A stretch of DNA of 64,000 bases from Marsupella aquatica (lineage: Eukaryota > Plantae > Marchantiophyta): contig OZ316899.1 of NCBI GenBank assembly GCA_973895155.1, positions 8,926,287 to 8,990,286 of the forward strand, written 5' to 3'. A model generated the notes under the pieces. The model worked only from the letters and a program-made list of their open reading frames with translations. It had not been told where the DNA came from and did no database searches. Positions 1 to 12,954 of the stretch are shown piece after piece. A program made the translations under genes and the position numbers. How positions within the stretch are numbered: position 1 is the first letter of the stretch; the number at the start of each line of letters is the position of its first letter.

Positions 1-14
1 CTCAGCAGGATCTC

Positions 15-1179
15 TTGGCTAAGCAGCAGGAATTGGAAGTGGCAAACACCCAATTGGAAAACTACCAATTGGATAACCAGCAGATCAAGGAAAAATTGAC
101 GAAGGTAGAGCTGGAGTTAGCCGATTCAAAAGCAGAAGTACAGGGTCTAAATCGCCAAGTTGAGAGGCTCAAAAAGACGGCTAAGGATCAGGCCACCCAG
201 AGCGAGAAGGCCTTGGCAGAAGCCCAAAGGAAGTATGACAAGTTACTCGACCGGTTGGAGGCCATGCGTGAGAAGCATGAGGACGCCGTTTGCACAGCGG
301 CCAATGATCACCTAAGCCGAGTCCAACAAATACGCAAACTAAGAGCTTCAGGAGGAGCTAACCAGGACAAAGCAAGCATGGACGGACGAGGTCACAAAAC
401 TGGATGGCATCAACGATTCCCAAAGAGCCGCTTTGGATAAGCAAGAGTTTGAGATTGTGCAGATCTTAAACGAGGAGCTCAAGACGGCCAAAGAGGAGGC
501 GCTTCGGCTTAATGAGGAGGTTGAGGATTTATCCCAAGAGCTGGAGGAGGCCAAAGACAAGATGATCGGCTTGCAGAGGCGTGCAGATAACCAAATAGAG
601 AAGTTGCAAAAGTATGCCAAAGCCGGGCACGGATCACCAACTGGATGGTCTCCCACTAGTGGCATGGTCGCCGGGAATATGGAGATGCCGAAGCTGACAT
701 CTATTTTGTCAAGAGTAACTGGGGGTAAGGCAATGCAGTTGGTTGTGGATCTGGCCAAAACATTCATGGGGCCAGCAGGTACTTTTGGGGTACCCCTTAA
801 AGCCACGCCAGAAGAGGTCGAGAGTATGGCCGCCCATATTTGTGGGACTGTTGCTACAAAGGCAGCTGTTGTAGAGATAAGTAATGCTGATGAACTTGGA
901 GTTGCGGTAACAAGTTCAGACGCCGGTAGAGCCACCATGGACTACCAGAATGTGAAGCCGTGGAAGATTGATACAGAACGTATTGGAGAGCGAGCTTGGA
1001 TTGAGGAAATAAAGGCCATTGCTATCCAAGCCGTTTCCCAGGAGGATGCCGATGCAGCAGCCAATGCCGGGGCCGACAAACCAGAACCTGAAGTTGAGGA
1101 AGCCGAAGGGGTCAAGCCGGAGCCGATGGCAGGAGAAGGTGCAGAGTCGGAAGATTCGGACTTACCCCCGGTCATCTGA
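15..1179 (+). pseudogene. 3' accessory coiled-coil ORF of a Gypsy-type LTR retrotransposon (frameshifted, 5' end outside window)
   Basis: Two overlapping E/K/Q/A-rich ORFs with an acidic tail, directly followed by a polypurine tract and an LTR. Confidence 0.6.
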
Positions 1180-1215
1180 CAATTAAGGAGGGCCAGTCAT
1201 CGATTGGAAGGAGGA

Positions 1216-2085
1216 TGTGGCGGCAGGAGAAGGGCTTGGGCCAGAAGGGCGCGGCCGTTGTAGGATGGGACAGGGCAAGTAGCGCCCTATCGGCTTAGGT
1301 AGTATTAGATGCTCGGTTCACACAGGGTTCTGGGCTAGTCAAGTGTTTTAGGTGATAATTTTTTAGTTGGATTATCGCGATGGAAGGCCGTGAGTTGTGG
1401 TTAGGATTTCCGCCTTTTCCCCTGAATGCGCTACAAGGATAAAAACCCGGGCAGTGGCTCGGGGTGCTTTTTCTTAGTCAAGGCTTTAGTGTAAATCTGT
1501 ATTGTTGTGAGCAAAGGAAGCTCTCGGCTAAATCTAGACCGCAGGGTATCAGTAAACCACCAGTTCCCTTGGATTTCTGAGCAATTGTTTGAATTGAGTT
1601 GGCCTCGTTGCATAGTTTGCAGATTCTTGCCATCCAAAAAGTTGAGTGTTATGATATCTGTTGCTTGATCGATTTAAGTCAGATAGGGTGAATTGTTGAG
1701 CAAAATACAATCGCATTGTCTTGATTGGAGACTGCCCAATCAAACTCTGAGAGAAAAGTGAGGATTGAGAGTGTTTCGTCGGTGAAGTGTGGGTTGAGTC
1801 CGTCTGAAAAAGACCTTCAGCCGGCTTAAGAAATTAAGCCGTAGAGGTACGTTCCGGGGGCGGAATACAAATATACCTGAAGAAGTTAAAGAGGAATTAG
1901 GTGTCTCAGTTGTGCACAATTCACAAGCCCAGTGAAAGAATCGGTCCGGTAAGTGTGGATCAAAGGAGAGGATCGCATTTCCAAACCGAATAGCTGCCAT
2001 ACAGCAAGAGGACGGACATAAACGAGTGGTTTATGATCGACTGAGGGTAGTTCTTGGGGTTAGAGGTCTTGGAAAACGCGCCACA
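1216..2085 (+). repeat. 3' LTR (~870 bp)
   Basis: Preceded by purine tract GGAAGGAGGA (1206-1215); 7-bp inverted termini TGTGGCG...CGCCACA; right end abuts integrase coding sequence of another element. Confidence 0.8.
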
Positions 2086-2976
2086 CAGGTACATCCTTCT
2101 AGCTATAGATTACTCCACCAAGTGGGTCAAAGCACGAGCTACGGTGAGGGACAATGCCGCGACAAGCGCCCGGTTCTTATACAAGCAGATCTTCACCCGG
2201 TTTGGGCCTCCCTTGGAATTAGTAAGAGACCGTGGAACACACTTCCTCAATGATACCGTAGCACGGCTTACGGAGCGTTACCTAGTCAAGCACCGCAAGA
2301 CTACCCCGTATCATCCTAAGCCAACGGGCTGACAGAGAGAGCCAACGGTATCATAGGGAAGATCCTCAACAAAATGGTAGCCGCGCACAAAACGGATTGG
2401 GATGATAAGTTGTACGCAACGGTGTACTCGTATAATCTAGCTTACAAGACTACTACGAGTCACAACCCGTACTTTCTCGTGTTCGGCCAACATTCGTTGG
2501 TCCCCGTTGAGTTTGAAGTACACACTCCACGAGTCAGCATTCGGGATCGCTTACCCAAACTTGAAAGTTTGTCAGACCGAGCTTATCAGATTGAAGCCTT
2601 AGAAGAGGCATGGCTAGTGGCATCTCAACACGCCATAAAGCAGCAGGCAGCTTCCAAGAAGCAACACGACAAAGGACTACGGAAGATCAGCGTCGTGACG
2701 GGCGATCTAGTCTTGCTGTACGATAGTAGGTACATGCAATTTCTGGGAAAGCTTCATACCCGTTGGTTAGGGACTTTCCTAGTCAATCAGATCTACCCTA
2801 ACGGATCTTTGGAACTTGCGACATACGCCGGCGATTTACTCCCCACGCGAGTCAGTTACGATTGTGTGAAGAAGTACCACCATCAAGACGACGACGCCGA
2901 TAGTGATGTTTGCAAGGACACTTCACAATTAAGCAGGGAGCTATGTGATGCCGCCAGTACGGTGGGTAATGAGTGA
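2086..2976 (+). pseudogene. Ty3/Gypsy integrase (rve core plus GPY/F-like C-terminus, no chromodomain); 5' truncated, frameshift near 2330
   Basis: YILLAIDYSTKWV, ELVRDRGTHF, HRKTTPYHPK..GLTERANG, LHTRWLGTFLV..NGSLEL. Confidence 0.93.
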
Positions 2977-3214
2977 TTCAGCCTAACGACGCTTAGCATG
3001 CACGTTAGGGGTATCTTAGGCCGTAATTATGAGCATAACGATAGTATTTAGGTAGTCATTATGAGTAGGAAATCATTAGTCAATAAGGGGCGTTCATGTT
3101 CGGGCTGGCGATGGGTTGCCATTTGCACGCCCGGGTTGCGAGCGTGTAATGGGCCCTCACCTTTCCCCCTCGGGTCCGTATAACAAACTTCGGGAGGCAG
3201 CCACTAACACGAGC

Positions 3215-3322
3215 TAACCCGGACCAGCGGAGTGGCCGGTACACTGCAAGCATGAAAGGCTCGGCCTATAAGCGACGAGGAGGCGTCGGGCGATCGACGA
3301 GCTCTTAGGGTATAACAAGGGG
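3215..3322 (+). promoter_or_regulatory. Putative internal promoter of the accessory ORFs
   Basis: GGGTATAACAAG about 100 bp upstream of ATG 3417; the block aligns with the inverted copy at 55560-55740, which reads GGGTATAAAAG. Confidence 0.45.
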
Positions 3323-3416
3323 GCCAATCCTTTGCAGTGCACCAACTCTTCAGTCCACGCGCCACCTTTGACCCCAGTTCTCTCGCTTATCCTTAGTTGC
3401 CTTCTATCTCCTCTGA

Positions 3417-6035
3417 ATGTCGCACACAATCCTTTCCAGTTTGGCCATACAATTTTGGACGCAGTTCCTATCTATCGGAGGGCACTTGGCCGACTCATTG
3501 AAACTCGCCAACCCACGCCAATCGATACAAAATTGTACGCAAATACAAGAGAGCCATCCGCCTAGCAGGCCGCGACCACTATCTCCTTAACTTTGATTAC
3601 CCGTCCCAGAGTGAGCTTTACCAACCCGAAGAGATATCAGGGTACTTCTTCAACGGAGGCAACTATATCGGTTTCTGGGAGGCACTGCTTTGGCTTCTAG
3701 ACGAGGTCTTCAATATCCCGGGCACGATCAACTTACAGTGGCACCACTTCGACCACATCCCCGCTCGGGTCCGGGACATCATCAATAGCGAGTCCAGCAC
3801 TACCCAGTCTACAAGGGCGTCTACACTTGCTTTAGAAAACCTCTACCGGCACCTGCAAAATTTCATGGCAATCGTACCATCGACCACCGGTGCCAGCCCA
3901 GCCCAACCGTGCCTGTGCCCGTGCCCATGCCCGCACCAGCACCAGCTCAGCCTCAGCCTCAGCCTAGCCAAACCCCACCACCAGTCGCCCCGCCCATACA
4001 GGTGAGATCCGTCGTGAATGCCGTAGATCTCGGCGACGACGAAGAGGCTACGTTACCCCTGTTCAGGCGGCCCAAAGGAGCAAACACTCAGGGAGCCGGG
4101 ACTACATCGCCCCCTCCCCAGGCCCGGACCCGAGTAGCGGCTCCAGCGGACAACACGGTGACCGTAGCCACCCCGGCCCCAATACTAATGGCGGTGGCAC
4201 TACCTATACCCAATCAAGAAGATGGGGAGGTGTCACCCTCCCTGAGCCAGTCTCGGGGAAAGAAGATGAAGGAACCCGCAGCTGTATCCGGGTTAGTCAT
4301 GGCCATGATAGCTGCGGCCAAGGTGACAATGCACCGCATGGGGGAGAACGTGCATAAGAACATCCTCCACCCCAAGCATGCGGTGTACTTGAAGACTCAG
4401 GGGTTCGAGCACCTCGCCTCTCTCCCCTGGAACACCTGCAGGTACTATGAGGAGGACATGATAGAATTTGTCAAGAATTATGACAACATCCGTCAACATA
4501 CTCGGCTGCGGGGGAGGAATATGTCCCTCACAGAGGAGCGGCTCAGGATGATCTTTGGGGTACCCGAGGGAGATCACCGAGTTGAATCACGGGCTCCCGG
4601 GGGCAAAGGAGCCAAGTACCAATCCTTGAGTTTTTCCTCCGAGGGGTCAGTGGACAACGGGTTCGTGATGAGGACCTGCCTCATCCCCGAGATAGCCGAG
4701 CGGCTGGAGTTCCAGAGGTACGCCCTCCACATGACGGAACCTCGGGGCAAGATCTCCGCTGCCCAGGTTATCCAGGTCAAGAACTATCGACCTCGGAAGT
4801 GGGCATCGTACTTCGCTAAGATGTTCCATGAAGAGATGGAGCGGCGAAGGAAGGCGCTATACATCGGCGGGAAGACATATTTTGCAAGCCACATCAAGAT
4901 CATTCTTGAGTGGTACGCCCGGTTTGATCGACAAACCCTTCCCCGGGTCAACGTAACTAAGTTGGTCCCAACTAGGTGGGTCTTCCCGGCCCCTGGACAG
5001 ACGGCCCCAACCCGAGGCCCAAAGTCTGACGGCCACGCAGGCCTCACCCACCCCACCTCCAAAAGTAGCCATAGCCGTGGCCAAAGTGGTACCAGACGAG
5101 GCAATAATTGCGACCTTAGATGCGATCAACCAGGCCGGGCTGAGCGCAGAAGTCAAAGCGGTAGAAGACTTGGCCGAGCCCGAGGGTCCAAAAAATCCAC
5201 CAATTGGCTATTCCGGAGGAAAGGCCGATGATGGAGAAGGACACTCCATCCCCTTCCACACTACATCCCCAGGGCAAGATGTCACTACTCCGGCCCCCGT
5301 CCGAGTTGACATCTGCCCGTGCCAAAATCTGCACGGGCACAACCTGGACCACGTGGAACTCTTCGTACCGGGTACATTTTTGAACGGGCTTTTGGGAGAT
5401 TTCTCCCAACAAATTGCCCGGGATACCGAGGAGTTCATGGCCGAGAAGGTAGCCTACTTCTTCAATCAGGAGTTGGTTACCGGGGTAAAAGTAGGTCGGG
5501 CCCAGTCGGAGGCCCTTTAGAGGATAGAGCGGTACCGGGTTGAGTCCATGTTCCTAAAGGACAAAGTTGCGGCTCAAGAGGCTGAGCTTCTGCAACTACA
5601 ACCCAAGGTTGCAGCCACCGATGAGTTGTTAGCAAATGCGCACACCCTTACTGCCCTAGCCGAACAGGCCAAAGCTGGGAAGGAGGCCGAGATTACACGG
5701 CTCCGGACCCAGGTTGACAGTTTGAAGAACCAAACTGTCATCTGGCATAAAGACCTAGAGGAGGCCAAAGAGCAGGCCCAGCGTGACACTGCAAAGATTG
5801 CCACCCTGCAGACCAAAGTGGCACGGCTTCAAGCCGAAGCCGAGAAATAGATCCAGGTGATGGACAAGCTGACGAGCAACGCCCAACAACTGGAAGAGGC
5901 ATGCCAGGAGGCAGCTGAGGAGACGGACGCGGCAAAGCGAGAGAATGGATCTCTGCTAGACCAAGTCCAGCTCCTCAAGACGGACAACGACAGACTCCGG
6001 CTCTGGCAAGCACAGCAGGCATTAGCGGAGGGTTA
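3417..6035 (+). pseudogene. Gypsy 3' accessory ORF region, family A (aromatic N-domain, Pro-rich linker, Athila-ORF-like helical domain, coiled coil)
   Basis: Lies between integrase and PPT; MIEFVKNY..RLRGRNMSLTEERLRMIFGVP..KWASYF..YFASHI; clear homology to 50553-55469(-); frameshifts and stops. Confidence 0.75.
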
Positions 6036-6180
6036 GGCTTAGAATAGAACTAGGAGTAGCTAAAATAGGCTGTTAGGACAAGCCGTAACCAGCTTAGCGA
6101 GGATATAAGTTAGCATAGATTTGGGCACGAGGCCAGGCTGGTCCTCAGCCCTTAGTATTTAGCAGCCCCCCGGTAGAGGC

Positions 6181-6839
6181 AAGGGGGGGGGGGGATTTTA
6201 GACTCAGAAGTTGGCCACTCGCGGTACGCGTGGGGAGTCCCAAACTTGGTGAAGTACCGGAGTGCCAAGGGGAGGGTATACGACTAAGCTTGCTGGGCGA
6301 GTGCGGAGCCGCGCTCCGTTGTAGTGTATACTCCTCGGCCTTGGGCCCGTGCGTTCAGGAGGTGTCGGGTCAACCAATCGTAAGTGTATGATCATAAATG
6401 AATGAAATCCTTTCCCCTCAATTCCTTTGTGTAAATCAAGATTTATGTTTATGGGTAAATGCATGTATGAGTCTCGTGTGCAAGTATCAATGTCGGGCCG
6501 AACACGTTATGCCAAGCATGCACGGGGTGCAGGTTACGGATACGGGGTTGCGAGCCGGGGTTGAGCACTTGTACTAATGGATCCGGATCAAAGGCGGTAA
6601 CACGAAGGCTTAGAAGTCTGTAAGCCGGGGTCGACCCCGTGTCGACTAAGGTACGTTCCGGCGGCGGAACACAAATTATACCTAGGAGGTGTCTGTACAT
6701 AACAGTAAGCGCACTTAGCGCTAGTTTACGTGAGTTAGGAGCATTCCGTGCGTCCCTCCCTGCCCAAACCCTCATATTTATGAAGGATGTGCCTGTCTAA
6801 TCCAAAGCCCGGGTTAAGGCCTAGGCTGACGACGTGACA
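6181..6839 (+). repeat. Polypurine tract plus probable 3' LTR
   Basis: AA-G12-A at 6181-6195, then non-coding sequence ending GACGTGACA at 6839; 5' TG not intact. Confidence 0.6.
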
Positions 6840-7244
6840 TGTGAAAAGCCTCGTCTGGGAGGGCAGGACAAGTGACATCACCAGGCACAATGCAGGATGG
6901 CGAGTGGTTCTAGATGATACATTGTGCTTTGTGCAAATATTGACAAGAACAGTCATCCAACTCTGGGCCAAAAGCCCTATAGGCAGGACAGTCATTTGGC
7001 AACTGTGCACACATCCTTGGCACCTTATTTGTGGTGGGTCATGTACAAGAGACACAAATACCAAGGATGTTGGGAAGGGTACTGAAGCAGGTTGAGGCCA
7101 ATTGTAGTTGTTCCTGGCAACAATAGGGTACTCAAAGTACCATGCAGACTGGGCTGGAAGGATCCCAAGTCTAACAAACTCAAGGCGCAACATCTCTGCC
7201 TTGCGTGCAAGTTGCACATGTTCAGCGTTGCGGGTCCTCACCAT
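6840..7244 (-). CDS. Unknown Cys/His-containing ORF, 3' end cut by the LTR junction
   Basis: ATG start, about 135 open codons up to the LTR boundary; no recognised domain. Confidence 0.25.
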
Positions 7245-7705
7245 ACGTGTTGCTTTTGCTGTGATGTCCTCTATTCACGTCCTTTGATGAGCAAGGCAAG
7301 CAGGAGGTCGACTTGCCTTGCCAACAACAACCAACCTAAACTTATCAGTTCCCACTTACTGACTTGGTTCCAACTACAGGTCACAGTATACACAGATAGC
7401 ATGAAAAGTGCATAGTACATATTTGATGTTGAGTTTCCTAAGACAAAGAGCTTGCTGATAAACCCATGTTCTTGTCGGACATGTATATAAATCATATTTG
7501 GATAACGTTTTTTCATCCAGAAAGAGCAAAAGTCTCACCTTGCAGGTTGTAGGGGTTTCTGCCATATTTAGTATCAAACACATTTCCTTTGCAAGTGATG
7601 TGACCTTCCATGGTGACAACCAGGGTTCATAGTTAGTTGATGTAAAGATTATTATTATTCGCTCATGTGTCTAGTCATTTGCTTGATTGTTCTTTCATAT
7701 GATAA

Positions 7706-7850
7706 GTGCAAACCATGGTTCATGCACTTGTTAATTTATTTGAAAATAAAATATGCATTGTTAATTGTTAATTATTTGAGAGTGCAAACCATGGTTCATT
7801 GTTAGCTTATTTGAGGGTGCAACCTATGGTTTATTGTTAGTTTATGCAAA
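7706..7850. repeat. Degenerate short tandem repeats
   Basis: About 3 copies of GTGCAAACCATGGTTCAT..GTTAnTTATTTGA in AT-rich intron-like sequence. Confidence 0.55.
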
Positions 7851-8032
7851 AATGATAAGGATGGCTTGAACTGTTAGTTTATTTGAGACTATAAGCCATA
7901 TATAGTTTCTTTGAGTTTATGTTCATAAATTGTCGACCATGATTGTACATTCTTGGTTGTTTTATATGACATAATATTTAGGCTCTAAATTAATGATTGA
8001 CACTAATATATCTGGTTCTTAAATTTTTGCAG

Positions 8033-9333
8033 CAAATTCACAATCATTGGATGCGTCTACTACCTTCAAGCCTCTCCCAAGAGTTTTGAAGTTACAACTT
8101 GACAATTGTGCAGGAGATAATAAAAACAGATACGTGTTGGGTTATTTGTCACTACTGACAACACGAGATGTTTTTGAAGAGATTCATCTAGGATTTCTCA
8201 TGGTTGGACATACTCATGAGGATGTTGATGCCATGTTTGGCCATTTCTCTGAAAGTTTAATGCGTAACCCAACCTATTCTTTGGCAGATCTATGTCATTG
8301 TTAATGGAGGCAAGGAGTCCAAATCCAGTTCCCCATTTTGTGCAAGAGGTACCTGATTTTAAATCATACTTGGAACCTTACTTGCTTAAAGGAGAGGACT
8401 CATTGGTGGGGCATTTGCAACCGCGGTTATTTCAATTGTATGTGCATGATGATGGTATGCCATGCCTTCAATACAAAATGAAATGCCAAGATGATGATTG
8501 GCTCCCAAGAGAAGGCATTGAGATGGGGTCATGGGCGGATAATAATAGTCCAAAACTTCCCATAGGAGAACCAAAGAGATTACCAATGATAGAGATGGCC
8601 ATGTTAGAGGAGGTGCAACAAGGTCTACATAAGCAAGTGAATTTTTTTAATTTTGTTTGCAATCAAACTACGTCAGAAGAAGGAAAGGGTAGATGGGTGG
8701 CACTGATACAATACTGAAATCATATTATCCATACTTTGGAGACTGAGGCGGTGCAATATAGATCTGGAGATGAACACTTGGTTCATGGATTTTGGCCCAT
8801 GTCAAAATGGAGAGATGGTGTTCCTTTGCAATACCGCAATGTGGCATGTGAGTTGGATGCAAAGATCGGGTACGTGGGGCCAAGGAAAAATAAACCTCGT
8901 GAAACTTTCAACCCAAGAGCTGATATTGTGAAAGGTAATTAATTATATCTTGGTTCAACCAGACACAGCTGACCTAGATATTTACCCAGTCTATTTGGGT
9001 AAAGTGATTAGTGATGTGGAAGAAGGAGAATTTAATGCCAACAATCAACTTGAACATGTGTGTATTGTGGAGTGGTATAGACCTTACATGCTAAGAAAAC
9101 ATGGTCAACCAGAATATGAACCACGACAGCGGTGGTTAGATTGCTGGAATCAACAATGGGAACGTGATCCGGGGTATTCCAATGAGACAATAAGTGTGAA
9201 CACTGTACTATGGTGTTTCAAGGCACAGACCGCAGCCAAAAGTGGTTTAGTTAGAATAGCAAAAAGTCATGCAATGAAAGCAAGAGACAATTTGAATAGA
9301 TGCTTAGAGGATGAGGCAACATCAACTTCATGA
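8033..9333 (+). pseudogene. Sola1-like (DUF7869-type) DDE transposase, C-terminal part
   Basis: LQLDNCAGDNKN...FLMVGHTHEDVDAMF motif; C-terminal beta-rich domain (YPVYLGKV..IVEWYRP); preceded by splice acceptor ttttgcag; stops and frameshift. Confidence 0.7.
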
Positions 9334-9806
9334 TACTTAGATAGTGTAGTTTACTTAAATGATAAGTGATATCATCACTACTTTGTTATTTGGTTTATTT
9401 GACAGATTGAAAAGACCAGAATCGTTGTTTAATAAAAAATATTGTCTTCATTGATCACAAGAAAGGAACCTGACTGAGCATTGAATGGTTTCCATATGTG
9501 GATGTTTATTCATAACTGGACCATGGATTATGCATTTCACTCTTACTTGTAAATTTGTACAAATAATGTGATTGTACACTGCTTGTAACAGTTCATTCAT
9601 TATTGGACCATGTATTGTGCATCTTTCATTGTAATTGTGCACATTATAATAATCCAAGTTATGAATTCTGTACCAGAAATTATGGTTGTTTGGTTCATGT
9701 GAGTGTTAGCTTAGTAATAATCAATTTATTTTGATTAAATATGATTTAATTGAAATATTAATCAATCCAAAATTGCACTAATTGACCAGTTTTATCTAAA
9801 TAGGGG

Positions 9807-10500
9807 TTAAGTGGAATGCTCAACATATGCTTGGAGATGAATCTCCATCATGGAGAGCCAACTCAGGAACATTTTCCCACTTTTCTCGTAGGCCCCGTCG
9901 TAAGTTGGAGGATTCGATAGCTGATTCACTTGGAACATACTCCGTCCAACCACCATTCCCCCCTTAGGACGCATCTCACTCTGACTACCCAGACTAAGTA
10001 AGTACATAATCTGGCCCCCCTTGTTGTGTTCCAACTGCTCATAAATGAGTTGTTGGTCTTGAGTCAACGGACCCAAATCGTCCAAGCGTCTTTCCTTTGC
10101 GGGCTGTCTGTCGTTAGGTTCTCTAGTGGACTTTGGTGACACCCCCCGTGACTTGCGGGCACCATGACCTCCCGGGGCTAAGGCATCACCCGCATTGCCC
10201 TAGTTTTGCTTGGTCAAATTGTCCATGATGACGTCCAACTTGACATCATCCTCTGGTTTTGCATCCAACCCTCTCAAGGCTGGGATCAGTTCCTGTTTTG
10301 GGTCCTGACCCTCTTCCTCCAATTCAACCTCTGAACCATCGTTGCTTCCATCCGAGTTGGAGCCGTCATTGTCTGGCTTGTCCTCTAGAGGATCGACCAC
10401 CTCCTTCCCTTTAAGTCGACGGCGCTCTGCACTTGACGTGTTTGTTACGACGGTCAACAGTTTGGCCGCCACGTCCTCATCATCCTGCTTGTAATGTTCA
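9807..10500 (-). pseudogene. gag: Gypsy gag N-terminal fragment
   Basis: NPPTYDG..FLSWLSMMEIHL; lies downstream of PBS and LTR on the minus strand. Confidence 0.7.
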
Positions 10501-10735
10501 TCTAGGGAAGTAGACCCGTCCTCCTTCTATTCTTCTTGAACTTGGGCCCTCCCCTTGGTGGGAGGAGCCTGTTTGCCACTCTTTGATTGCGTGTTTTTAG
10601 CCATGTCTCCAGCAACCAAATCTGCTCGCAATCAACCCATAGGGCACGTTGAAGCACTAAGTCCCCACAAAAATCCGTTATGATTTTTGGATTCCGACCT
10701 AGCACAACCCCGTCCCGGTGTCTATACCGGCAATC

Positions 10736-10747
10736 GCTTTGATAGCA
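10736..10747 (-). other. Degenerate tRNA-iMet primer-binding site
   Basis: Minus strand TGCTATCAAAGC matches canonical TGGTATCAGAGC at 10 of 12 positions, 4 nt after an LTR end ...GGTCCACCA. Confidence 0.6.
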
Positions 10748-10751
10748 CAAG

Positions 10752-11845
10752 TGGTGGACCTTGCCACCCAGCGCCCTCACCAATCCCAACACCCATGCCT
10801 AAGTGCCCTTGGTGCCCAAACGCCTCCAAAAAATTCCTTGAGAAAGCAACCTAGTGCCCTCTGCACCACCAGCGGCCCTCCCATACGAAGCCGCACTTGC
10901 TCTCCAACACAATCGCTACTCAACGGTCCTCATTGTCTGCACAAGCAACCAAGCGTCTCAGTAAGTAACCCTTTGGGATCTAGATCTCCTCAAGTCTAGC
11001 ATCCTACTCAAGCTCAACAGCCATTGGTAAGTAGGTCAACGATAGGTCCTTCCGATGCCATAAGCCGGAACCAAAACCCACGCCCACTGTTTGTCCAGAA
11101 CAACTCCTTCCTTGGGCGCGGCCCGGGTTCCCCCTTGTACCTATCCATCACCAACTGACCACCCTGACCCCAGGACATGCTCATGGCCAAAGTAGCGTAA
11201 CTTGTCCTAAAGCTTGTCCCAAGCTTGTCCCAACATGCCAGGACCAGAATGGCCCCAACTCTAGCAACCAACTCCCGGTTTGCCCCACTGATGGTCTAGG
11301 GGCAGAGCACCCTTGGAACTCAACCTCCATGCCTACTTGGCCTTGCCTCCCCAACGCAAGCTCCCTTGGGAGATTGAATGGGGCTTGGCTGCTGTTCGGC
11401 AGGATTTGGCAAGCGGGCGAGCCAACACCCACAAACCTCAAGAACCCATGGCGCCCTAAGACCCAGCTGAGCTCAGTATGACATATCCCTCCTTGAGAGA
11501 TTTCCAACGCACCCAATAAGTCCTCCAACAGACTTCCCGTTGGGAAGATATCATCGTTTCCATTTGGCGCTATTCCTTAGTGTTGCAACCACTGCGGCTC
11601 ACGACTTCGGCTCGCCCTTGGCCCCTAGGGAGACACCACTCCCCTCATATAGGCTTCTGGAGACCTACCACCCCTGGACCAACTTTGGTCCCTAAACATT
11701 GGGCCTCCAACCCGGATCCTATCGCGCATACTGGGCGTGGCAGCAACTGGCAACGCCCATAACTTTCTTGTTAGGCGTCTGCAAGCGAAGTGCCTTGGCC
11801 CATTGTGATCAGGCCGACCCAGTGCTCATGCCTAGGCCCTCAGGA
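10752..11845 (-). repeat. 5' LTR of the gag-bearing element (truncated)
   Basis: 10945-11845 aligns co-linearly with 21883-22770; adjacent PBS. Confidence 0.8.
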
Positions 11846-12249
11846 CTACCTCTATGAACCCATTTTGGACAAACCCTGGTGTGGATATGCTGGCAAAATC
11901 ATAGGATGTTTGCAGCAGGGATGATAGGTACCTTGCTAGGGGCGACTACCACCATAGTGCGCACCCCACTATTTTTAGTGACAGATATGCTGACATTGGG
12001 GGTTGGTCCAGCTGATGTGTTCAGATTGGTAGGCACATTATGCAAGGATACTCCAGTTTTGGCTTCTCATGTAGAGGCAGCATGCAGTTCTAGAGCAGTA
12101 GAGTTGACACCACCTACTACTACTAGTGAGACATGGCATGCAGCAGTGGAAAAGTTGATGGATTTGTCAGCACGCCTTGCATTTGAGAGGACTAAGTTTA
12201 AACCTAACATTGTGTCATTGGATAATCAAAGTGGTATTTGACAATTAGT

Positions 12250-12640
12250 TGGGCCTACTAGAGCAGTATACCAGCCAGAGAGAGTGTTACTGGATACTGG
12301 TGCCCAACCCTTGATGTTGGGTAAGTTTGCAATACGAGGATTGGGATTGCATCCAAATGATCTGGAGGAGTGTTCCTTTCCTATTCAGACTTCATTAATG
12401 GGGGGACCTACACCCACACAAAATATCACCGGACAACCACTTGACTTGCAAATTCAAGAGGGTCATGCAAAGGATAGCTCTCACATATAGACGCGAGTTA
12501 TTTTGACTAAGGCAGAGTCCTATGATGTGTTGGTGGGATGTACAGTGCTTTACCCCATGGGATTCATCCTTGATTTTTGGGATGAATCAATTTCCTATCA
12601 ACCTGCTTGGCAGTCTGGAGATGCTAGATTGAGAAGATTG
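12250..12640 (+). pseudogene. Retroviral-type aspartic protease domain
   Basis: VLLDTGAQPLMLG ... YDVLVG..VLYPMGFILDF. Confidence 0.88.
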
Positions 12641-12954
12641 TCAGTGCAATTTAGTGGACTTGTGGGGGGCCCTAAACCTGCACCATATATTGTCTTTGGC
12701 AGCATTCAGTGGTGTGATCATTGATCCTGATTATTAGATTGAGGGTAATGCACATGCAGCAGATATCCCAGCAGTGGAGCAATCACATGAGGAGTTGGTC
12801 ATGCGTGGGCTACCTGTTGGTAGTGTTGTGACACCAGTGTGGGGCACTAGTCAGGCCTTGCCACAAACAGCAGCATGATTGGTACATGATGCATGACGTA
12901 ATGCTTTTACACCACAGCTAGGAGCATAGCAGTCTCCTGCAGGTGGGCCGGTGA

